From Verrucomicrobiota bacterium (GTDB lineage: Bacteria; Verrucomicrobiota; Verrucomicrobiia; Verrucomicrobiales; DEV007), in assembly GCA_045046875.1 (NCBI GenBank), contig JASFYY010000026.1:1-25477 (forward strand): DNA of 25,477 nt, in the 5' to 3' direction. The position numbers and the translations under genes are program-made. This document shows, one piece after another, positions 9,181 to 16,534 of this stretch. The notes beneath the pieces were generated by a model. The model had not been told where the DNA came from and ran no database searches. It saw nothing but the letters and a program-made list of their open reading frames with translations. Position 1 is the stretch's first letter, and every line of letters begins with the position of its first letter.

Positions 9181-10040
9181 GGCGCGGTGCCCTCCTCCCC
9201 TTCGGTTTCCGACAAAAACAAGCGCTCTAAGGTGGTGCGCGGATGTCCCGCCCTGACCATCTGGGCCTGCGCATCATCATCCACCAGTTTTTCTATTTGT
9301 GCCTGCAAATCAGGCGGCAGATTTTTCATCACCAGTTCCACTTCATCCTCAATCGCAATCAGTTCATTCAGCGCTCCTTCCCTGAGCATTTTGCCCTTTT
9401 GCATGATGGCCACACGGTCACACACTTCCTGCACCTGCTCGAGCAGGTGCGAGCAAAGAATCACCGCCACCCCGTCCTCCTTGAGCTGAAAAATCAAATC
9501 GCGGATTTTCCGTGAACCCGACGGATCCACCCCCGCCGTGGGTTCGTCGAGAATCACCAGTTGCGGACGCTGGATGATCGCCTGCGCCAGGCCGATGCGC
9601 TGCAACATCCCTTTTGAATACCCCCCCAAACGCCTATCCGCCGCGTCTTCCAGATCCACCAAAGCCAGCAGCTCCGCACAGCGTTCATTACGATCGCGTT
9701 TTTTAAGCCCGCACAACTTGCCGTAAAAATGCAGGGTCTCTTTACCCGTAAGGTGTTTGTAAAAATAAGGGTTTTCCGGCAGGAAACCCACCTGGTGCCT
9801 ACTGCGCACATCGCGACTATCAAGACCAAAAATACGAGTCGACCCCCGTGTGGCCTTCATCAGACCAAGGATCACCTTCATCGTCGTCGACTTGCCTGAG
9901 CCGTTGGGACCGATCAAACCATAAACTTCACCCGCCGCCACCGTGAACGAAAGATTTTGCACCGCGACCAAGTAGTCCCTTCGTAATGAAAGGCTAAAAA
10001 TCTTGGTCAGGTTGTCAACTTCAACGGCAGGCGAACTCAT
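9177..10040 (-). CDS. ABC transporter ATP-binding protein
   Basis: 287 aa. Walker A GPNGSGKST, signature YSKGM, Walker B LVILDEPT, H-loop CSH. Confidence 0.95.
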   Translation of the reverse strand: MSSPAVEVDNLTKIFSLSLRRDYLVAVQNLSFTVAAGEVYGLIGPNGSGKSTTMKVILGLMKATRGSTRIFGLDSRDVRSRHQVGFLPENPYFYKHLTGKETLHFYGKLCGLKKRDRNERCAELLALVDLEDAADRRLGGYSKGMLQRIGLAQAIIQRPQLVILDEPTAGVDPSGSRKIRDLIFQLKEDGVAVILCSHLLEQVQEVCDRVAIMQKGKMLREGALNELIAIEDEVELVMKNLPPDLQAQIEKLVDDDAQAQMVRAGHPRTTLERLFLSETEGEEGTAP

Positions 10041-10086
10041 AGTGATGATCCTTGTAGCTCTGAAAGCGGCAAGGGATGTAATGAAG

Positions 10087-10356
10087 CTATCTTATAGAAA
10101 AACCCCTGCAATTTTCAAGCAAGGAAATGTCGTGCACCTCACTTTCCTTGATAAATCCCCCCAAGTGAGAATCCTGGATTTCCTCGATGAACTCATCCAG
10201 CTCCTCCCCTTCTCCCATAATCTGCAGCTCCACCCTGCCATCGGCCAGGTTTTTGGCCCAGCCCTGCAATTCAAAACCCTTGGCCAGCTGCTTGACCGAA
10301 AAACGAAAACCCACCCCCTGCACCCGTCCGGTATAAAAAATCTGTTTAGCTTCCAT
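10087..10356 (-). CDS. acyP: Acylphosphatase
   Basis: 89 aa with signatures GRVQGVGFR and GWAKNLADGRVE. Confidence 0.95.
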   Translation of the reverse strand: MEAKQIFYTGRVQGVGFRFSVKQLAKGFELQGWAKNLADGRVELQIMGEGEELDEFIEEIQDSHLGGFIKESEVHDISLLENCRGFSIR

Positions 10357-10365
10357 TTACTAACT

Positions 10366-11070
10366 TCACTTCGCGTCTTTCTTTTTCCAAAAACGGAGCT
10401 TTTTAAGAAAACTCTCCTTTTTAGGTTTTGCGGCAGCGGCAGCGGCGGCCTTCACCGACGCATTGGTGATCAATAAATCCACATCATCCGCCAAACCCTT
10501 GCCATAGTTAAAAGTGCGCAATGGCAACTTAGTACCATCCGCCATATAAGTTTGGATTTTTCGCCGCGCGATCTGGTTATTCGTATCAAAAAGACGCTCT
10601 TCGGTCAGTCGCCCCAAGGGGTCATAAAACAAGGTGCCACGGTTGGTCAGTTGGCCATTGGCATCATAAATCAAGACTTCCACCGGTCGCCCGGCCGCGT
10701 TCAAACGGACCAAACGCTTTTGCATCAGAATCGATTTGTCACTGTCTTGTTTTTTCGCCCGGAAGGTGTGTTGCTGCAACGTTCGCTGTGCTTCGTCCAG
10801 CTTGGACTCGGTGTAGTTGCCATTGGGATGAAAAATCGTCCGGCCCCACACTTTCGCTTCGCGCATGTCCATCTCCCCATACTTCCAGTTGCGCATGTCC
10901 ACATGGGAAGGTGGCTGCACCCGCTGAGCTCCCCCTTTGCCGCTAGGTTGGTGGAACTGAGCCCGCGCCATCGATGGAAACAGCAAACAGACCGCCAGCC
11001 CTAAAGCGCCCAGCCAAACAAAAGCCTTCACCCTTGCCTGCTTTTGAAATTTTTCTCTTACCCTCTTCAT
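10366..11070 (-). CDS. Exported hypothetical protein with YD-like beta-hairpin repeats
   Basis: 234 aa. Basic N-region, hydrophobic core and ARA cleavage motif; repeats LIYDANGQL, LFYDPLGRL, LFDTNNQI and TYMADGT; Ala/Lys-rich tail. In the same run as its neighbours. Confidence 0.7.
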   Translation of the reverse strand: MKRVREKFQKQARVKAFVWLGALGLAVCLLFPSMARAQFHQPSGKGGAQRVQPPSHVDMRNWKYGEMDMREAKVWGRTIFHPNGNYTESKLDEAQRTLQQHTFRAKKQDSDKSILMQKRLVRLNAAGRPVEVLIYDANGQLTNRGTLFYDPLGRLTEERLFDTNNQIARRKIQTYMADGTKLPLRTFNYGKGLADDVDLLITNASVKAAAAAAAKPKKESFLKKLRFWKKKDAK

Positions 11071-11123
11071 AGATTTCCAATCCCTTATATTAAAGGATAC
11101 GCAAAAAAGGGGAAGCTATTTTT

Positions 11124-12683
11124 TCATAACATTCCCCTTCCAATCTCAACCACCCGCTGCGGCAATTTTTCGATTTCCCGCAGGGTGGTACGGAAATTCA
11201 CAATGCAAGCCCGCAGGACAAAAGTCCCGTCGATCACGGCATTCGACAAATAAGCTCCGCCTCCCGCTTGTAATTCTTTGAGCAAGTCACGGTTCAATTC
11301 ATTCAACCATTCATCACGATCCTCCGCACTGAGCCCCGCCGGCAGTCGGCTCGGCAAATAACGAAAAGTCGTGATGCTGAGGTTCTGGGTGAACAACTCT
11401 ATTTCAGCTTGCTGCGCAAGCTTATCCGCCAAGGCTCTTGCCAGGGCGATGTCATCACGGATCATGCGAATGTAACCCTTGCGCCCCGCTTGCCGCCAAG
11501 CCAGCCACACCTTCAAAGCGCGGAATCCGCGCGAGTTCTGCAGACCGTATTCGTAATAGTTGATCGCCCCCTGCCCACTCGGCTCACTCACTTCATCACC
11601 GACCGCTTCGTCCTCATCTTCAAACAAATAATAGTCCGGATGGAAACTGAAGGCATCCACCAAAAATTGCGCATCGCGTACCAAAACACAGCCCGCTTCC
11701 AACGGAGTGTAGAGCCACTTGTGCGGATCCAAGGCAATCGAATCCGCCTGGGCCAAAGCCTGTAAATCCGCCGAAGCCTCGGGCAACATCGCGGCAAATG
11801 CCCCGTAGGCCCCATCCACATGGAACCATAAATCGTCAGCCTTACAGATCTTGGCGATCGCCTGCAAGGGGTCGACCGCACCAGTGCTGACCGTGCCAGC
11901 GGAAGCCACGATCAGAAAAGGCTGATGCCCGGCTTCACGATCCCCGGCGATTTTTTCTTCCAAATCAACCAAATCCATTTTCTGCTGATCATCTACGGCA
12001 ACCCAAGTGATCGCATCCGTTCCCAAACCAAACAGGTCGGCCGCCTTTTGCACCCAGGTATGGGTTTCTTTCGACGCATAGAGCCGCATCGCCCGCGCTC
12101 CGCCACGCGCTCCCTTGCTGCGGATATCCCAGTTAGCTTTCGCTTTTCTAGCGGCAAGAAAGCCGACAAAATTCGCCATAGTCCCACCACTAACCAGCAA
12201 CCCCCCATACCCCTGTGAACAGCCCACGGCCTCGCGAATCCACTCAACCGTCTGTTTTTCGATCTCAGTAGCCATCGGCGACAAGGACCAGGCTCCAACA
12301 TTGGGATTGACCGCCGAGGCCAACAAATCGCCCAGCGCCCCGATCGGCGCAGCTGACGAAGTGACATAAGCCATGAAGTCGGGATGGCCGTTAAAAAGAG
12401 AATGATCAAAAAGCATACTTGCCGTCTGTTCGAGAATCTCACCCGCAGGCGCACCGTCCTGTGGCAGCGAAGTATCCGGCAAAAGCGCAGCCAGCTCGGC
12501 CACCGATTCGTTGGGATTAACCGGACGCGAAGGCAGCGATTGCAAAAAATCGGCAATCTGGTCAACCAGTTGACGACCCGTGGCACGAAATTCCTCAGCG
12601 CTCATTTCGAGCGCGGCCTGCCGTGAGCTCAAATCACCACAAGCTGGCCCGGTGTCCCGCTCGTCATCCCCGTCCGCGCTCAT
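11124..12683 (-). CDS. Group II PLP-dependent decarboxylase (aromatic-L-amino-acid decarboxylase-like)
   Basis: 519 aa with SGGTMAN, AGTVSTGAVD, WFHVDGAYG, PLP-lysine motif DPHKWL and SRGFRALK. Substrate cannot be determined from the sequence. Confidence 0.9.
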   Translation of the reverse strand: MSADGDDERDTGPACGDLSSRQAALEMSAEEFRATGRQLVDQIADFLQSLPSRPVNPNESVAELAALLPDTSLPQDGAPAGEILEQTASMLFDHSLFNGHPDFMAYVTSSAAPIGALGDLLASAVNPNVGAWSLSPMATEIEKQTVEWIREAVGCSQGYGGLLVSGGTMANFVGFLAARKAKANWDIRSKGARGGARAMRLYASKETHTWVQKAADLFGLGTDAITWVAVDDQQKMDLVDLEEKIAGDREAGHQPFLIVASAGTVSTGAVDPLQAIAKICKADDLWFHVDGAYGAFAAMLPEASADLQALAQADSIALDPHKWLYTPLEAGCVLVRDAQFLVDAFSFHPDYYLFEDEDEAVGDEVSEPSGQGAINYYEYGLQNSRGFRALKVWLAWRQAGRKGYIRMIRDDIALARALADKLAQQAEIELFTQNLSITTFRYLPSRLPAGLSAEDRDEWLNELNRDLLKELQAGGGAYLSNAVIDGTFVLRACIVNFRTTLREIEKLPQRVVEIGRGML

Positions 12684-15493
12684 GTGCCGGGGGTGGCCAA
12701 AATCATCCTCACCGAATCCATTCTCAAGGTCGCTCCTTGCAAATGGGTTTTCAAAGCTTCCCGCTCCTCAACCGCCATACTGATCTCCGATTCCCTCACC
12801 GGATGACCCATCTGCTGCAATTTTTTCAAACGTTCGATTTCGCTGTCGAGTTGTTTTTCCATCGCCGCAACCGCTTCGCTGCGGACATCCGCAGCGTTCT
12901 TTTCCGCCAAAGCCTTGGCCGCTTCGATCATTTTAGGCAGGGTTCCTCTCAGCGCCTTGGATTTTTTCTGCAGCCAATCGGCCGGTCCCTCTTTCGAGCG
13001 ACGAATCATCTCCGGCACAAACACCTTCGAACGATCCCTCAACTGATGATCCACCAGAGCCCGCACCGGTTGGGATGGCAAAAAGCGATCCACATGAAAT
13101 TTTTCCGGAGCCACACACTCCAGCACACAAACGATATCCAATAACAGCGCCTGCTCGGGAGCCGCTTCAATGCGACCAAAGGACGCGTTGCCGCGCTCGG
13201 AACTCAGCAACACATCAATCGCACTGGACACCATCGGATGATCCCAGCTGAACAACACGATGTCTTCACGGGCCTGTGCCACTTCACGGTCAAAGGTCAG
13301 GGAAATGCCCTCTTCCGGCAATCCGGGGAAAGCTTCCGGCGAGAACAAATGCTCCGGCGTGATCATGTAACAACGCTCATCCAGATCCTCCACCGTCACT
13401 CCAAAATGATCGAACAGGCGCAAGATAAACCGCTGCAAACCACGATCCTCGTCCAACTCCTTGATGTCTTTTGCCAACTGTTCTCCGCGTGCTTGATCAA
13501 AGGAGCTGATCTCCAACAAATGATCGCGCCCCACTTCCAGCTCATGATCCACTTTCTCCTTGAAGACCTTGCCGCGCTGCAACAGATCCGGCAGCTGCTT
13601 TTTCCAAGCCTTATCCGCCGATAAAGTCTTCAACTCCGCTTGATACTCCTGCTGGATCGCACTCGACCCATGTAATGTGTGCTCAAAAGCACCCAAACCT
13701 TCGTGATACCAACGAGCCAACATTTCCCCGCTCGAATCCGAAATATACGGCACGTGGATATGGATATCCTCTTCTTGCCCAATACGATCCAAACGCCCAA
13801 TGCGCTGCTCCAGCAAAGCCGGATCAGCTGGCAGATCAAACAACACCAGATGATGGGCAAACTGGAAATTACGCCCCTCACTGCCGATCTCCGAACAGAT
13901 CAAAATCCGTGCGCCACCTTCATCCGCAAAATAGGCAGCGTTGCGATCCCGTTGCAACAAAGTCAGCCCCTCGTGGAACACCGCAGCCATCGCACTGATG
14001 TGCTCGCGCAGCTCTTCTTCGATTTTTTCCGCCATCTGCTGACTGTGGCAGATCAATAAAAATTTCTCGTCCGGATTATCGCTTAACAATGTGGATAACC
14101 AGTGGATTTTGTCCGCGACTTCCTCACTGCCCTCTCTCAGAACCAACGGCCACAAGTGCGCCTGACGCTGCGGGAAACCCTCCAGCACCTGACGCCGGTT
14201 GCGGAACATCACCCGCCCCGTGCCATACAAATCAACCAGGGACGTCGTCAGTTCTTCACGCACATCCTCCCCGTCCGCATCGTCATCCGCAGCACTGTCA
14301 GCCGCAGCGAGTTTCTCCAAGGCCTCCGCGCCGAGCATTTTTTTCAACAGCTTCTCTTCTGTTTTTTTCAACTTAGCGCCTGAGCGCAAGCTGTCCGCCA
14401 AACTCGACACTTCCTGATAGTGATCCGACTCTTCAATGAACTCAGCCAAATCGGAAAAACGATCCGGATCCAGCAAACGCAAGCGGGCAAAATGCCCCTC
14501 GCGCCCCAATTGCTCGGGAGTCGCCGTCAACAACAGCAAACCCGGCGTCTCCACCGCAATCGCCGCCACCGCTTCATAAGCCGGACTCGCCTCTTCGGGC
14601 GTCCACTCCAAATGATGCGCCTCATCCACAATCAATAGATCCCAGTTGCCCTCCGCCGCCTGCATCGCCCGCCCGGGATTATCCGCCAACCACGAAGTGC
14701 CGCAAATCACCAACTGATCATCAAAAAACGGATTATCGGAGTCCTCGCCGGCCTCGATCGACAGCGCCCGCTCTTCGTCATAAATCGAAAATGACATCTG
14801 AAAACGGCGATACAACTCAACAAACCACTGGTTGATCAAAGCGTCCGGCACCAGAATGAGAATACGACTGGCACGCCCACTCTGATTCAAGCGGTGCAAG
14901 ATCAAACACGCTTCGATGGTTTTTCCCAGACCCACCTCGTCCGCCAGCAACACACGCGGCGCGAAACGAGAAGCCACCTCATTGGCGATATACAGCTGAT
15001 GCGGGATCAAAGCGATGCGCCCACCCACCAAACCCCGCACCTTGCGCGAACGGGCCTCGTGTTTGAAACGCCTCGCCGCCTGGCGCAACTTCCACGTGCG
15101 CGGATCATCCACATGACCGGCCAGTAAACGTGCTTCCGGTTTCTGAAAACTGATTTTGTCGGAAAGCTCGCTCTCCGGCAACTCCTTGCCATCCGCATCG
15201 ATATAAATGAGACGCCCCTCGTCCTTGCGAATATCTACCACCACCGACGGCTCGTCCTGCTGATTGCGGACCGTATCGCCAACCGAAAATTCCACCCGTC
15301 GCAAAGGCGCGCTGCGTGCCGCGTAGGTCAAAGTCTGCTCACTGGCGGGAAAAATCACCTGTACCCGCTGGGTGCCGGCGGCGATAATCAGCCCCAAGCC
15401 GAGCTCCGGTTGCATTTCACTGATCCAACGCTGACCGGGAGCAAAGTCGTTCGGGTTTGAAGAGGCAATTTGGTGGCGTGATTGGCGTGGCAT
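12680..15493 (-). CDS. rapA: RNA polymerase-associated SWI2/SNF2 ATPase RapA (HepA)
   Basis: N-terminal PGQRWISE..ELGLG, LIPHQLYIA, LLADEVGLGKTIEA, DEAHHL, LLLTATPEQLG, SEGRNFQFA and LEQRIGRLDRIGQ. ATG at 15493; the ORF is open to TTG at 15502. Confidence 0.95.
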   Translation of the reverse strand: MPRQSRHQIASSNPNDFAPGQRWISEMQPELGLGLIIAAGTQRVQVIFPASEQTLTYAARSAPLRRVEFSVGDTVRNQQDEPSVVVDIRKDEGRLIYIDADGKELPESELSDKISFQKPEARLLAGHVDDPRTWKLRQAARRFKHEARSRKVRGLVGGRIALIPHQLYIANEVASRFAPRVLLADEVGLGKTIEACLILHRLNQSGRASRILILVPDALINQWFVELYRRFQMSFSIYDEERALSIEAGEDSDNPFFDDQLVICGTSWLADNPGRAMQAAEGNWDLLIVDEAHHLEWTPEEASPAYEAVAAIAVETPGLLLLTATPEQLGREGHFARLRLLDPDRFSDLAEFIEESDHYQEVSSLADSLRSGAKLKKTEEKLLKKMLGAEALEKLAAADSAADDDADGEDVREELTTSLVDLYGTGRVMFRNRRQVLEGFPQRQAHLWPLVLREGSEEVADKIHWLSTLLSDNPDEKFLLICHSQQMAEKIEEELREHISAMAAVFHEGLTLLQRDRNAAYFADEGGARILICSEIGSEGRNFQFAHHLVLFDLPADPALLEQRIGRLDRIGQEEDIHIHVPYISDSSGEMLARWYHEGLGAFEHTLHGSSAIQQEYQAELKTLSADKAWKKQLPDLLQRGKVFKEKVDHELEVGRDHLLEISSFDQARGEQLAKDIKELDEDRGLQRFILRLFDHFGVTVEDLDERCYMITPEHLFSPEAFPGLPEEGISLTFDREVAQAREDIVLFSWDHPMVSSAIDVLLSSERGNASFGRIEAAPEQALLLDIVCVLECVAPEKFHVDRFLPSQPVRALVDHQLRDRSKVFVPEMIRRSKEGPADWLQKKSKALRGTLPKMIEAAKALAEKNAADVRSEAVAAMEKQLDSEIERLKKLQQMGHPVRESEISMAVEEREALKTHLQGATLRMDSVRMILATPGT

Positions 15494-15669
15494 TTTGAAC
15501 AAAAAATAAATCTAGCTGGCGAGAAATATACGCAAGTTTGCCTACAACTCGACTCCAAACAGAGAATGCCTCTACTTGCAAAAAAATCAACCGATCTTCG
15601 TTGCTATAAATGAAAGAATCGCAACAAAAGGCGAGCGGAATGGATGCGCTGCCCTATACTCCGTCCACT

Positions 15670-16116
15670 ATGTCAGAACATCGAGCTACTCTTACATGGA
15701 ATCGCGGCGACAGCGGTTTCGGCTACAAAGAATATTCACGCGATCACCGCTGGGATTTCCCCTCCAACGGACAATCGCTGAAAGCATCGGCAGCCCCCAA
15801 ATACATGGGTGGCGAGGACTGCGTCGATCCCGAGGAAGCCTACGTCGCGGCGCTGTCCAGTTGCCACATGCTGACCTTCCTGGCGGTCGCTTCGATGTCA
15901 GGTTTTGTGATCGACTCCTATCAGGACGAAGCTGTTGGCCGCCTCTCACCAGATGAGAATAAAAAAATGGTGATCACTAAAGTTACCCTTAACCCGGTGA
16001 TTAAATTTTCTGGAGATAAAATTCCCGATGATGCACAACTGGAACAGCTCCACAAAAAAGCCCATCAGGAATGTTTTCTCGCCAATTCGGTGAAAACAGA
16101 AATTGTCTGGAACTGA
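15670..16116 (+). CDS. OsmC/Ohr-family protein
   Basis: VDPEEAYVAALSSCHMLTF and AHQECFLANSV supply the two conserved Cys. Family similarity begins at MSEHRATLTW (ATG 15670); the ORF is open from 15610. Confidence 0.9.
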   Translation: MSEHRATLTWNRGDSGFGYKEYSRDHRWDFPSNGQSLKASAAPKYMGGEDCVDPEEAYVAALSSCHMLTFLAVASMSGFVIDSYQDEAVGRLSPDENKKMVITKVTLNPVIKFSGDKIPDDAQLEQLHKKAHQECFLANSVKTEIVWN

Positions 16117-16531
16117 TCATCCTGCACGCAGAACCACTCGAATACCCTACTACTCGAATACCGTGGATCAACTCGCCACCCTACTTGCATCATGTTCCTC
16201 AGACGAGGATCGTGATCGTCTGCAAATTCTGATTGCGCCAAGCAACGTGGGAGATAACAAAAATCTTGCCGCAGTCATTGAGTCCCTATTTGAACAAGTA
16301 GATCAGAGTGATTTTTCTCTATCCGACTGGGTCGCCGCTCTGCTGGAATTTGATCGCTGGCTCGAAAACAAGCACATTGCAGCACGGCCAGTGGAACAAA
16401 TGATCAGCTACATCCACTGCTGCACCCTCACCCTGACAGCCACCCTGCTACCCCCCAACCTAACCAAACTCACCCGCAACCTGCTGGAACAATACGGCTT
16501 TGATGCCTGCAAAAATGTCACTGCAGGTTGA
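16103..16531 (+). CDS. Hypothetical alpha-helical protein
   Basis: 142-aa ORF that fills the gap between the OsmC gene and the convergent kinase-like gene, with protein-like composition. Start uncertain (TTG 16103 or GTG 16163). No family recognised. Confidence 0.55.
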   Translation: MSGTDHPARRTTRIPYYSNTVDQLATLLASCSSDEDRDRLQILIAPSNVGDNKNLAAVIESLFEQVDQSDFSLSDWVAALLEFDRWLENKHIAARPVEQMISYIHCCTLTLTATLLPPNLTKLTRNLLEQYGFDACKNVTAG

Positions 16532-16534
16532 GTC

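Noticed and set aside
10428..10450. GCG/GCA triplet run
   Set aside because: Encodes a poly-Ala linker within the CDS and is not an independent repeat element.
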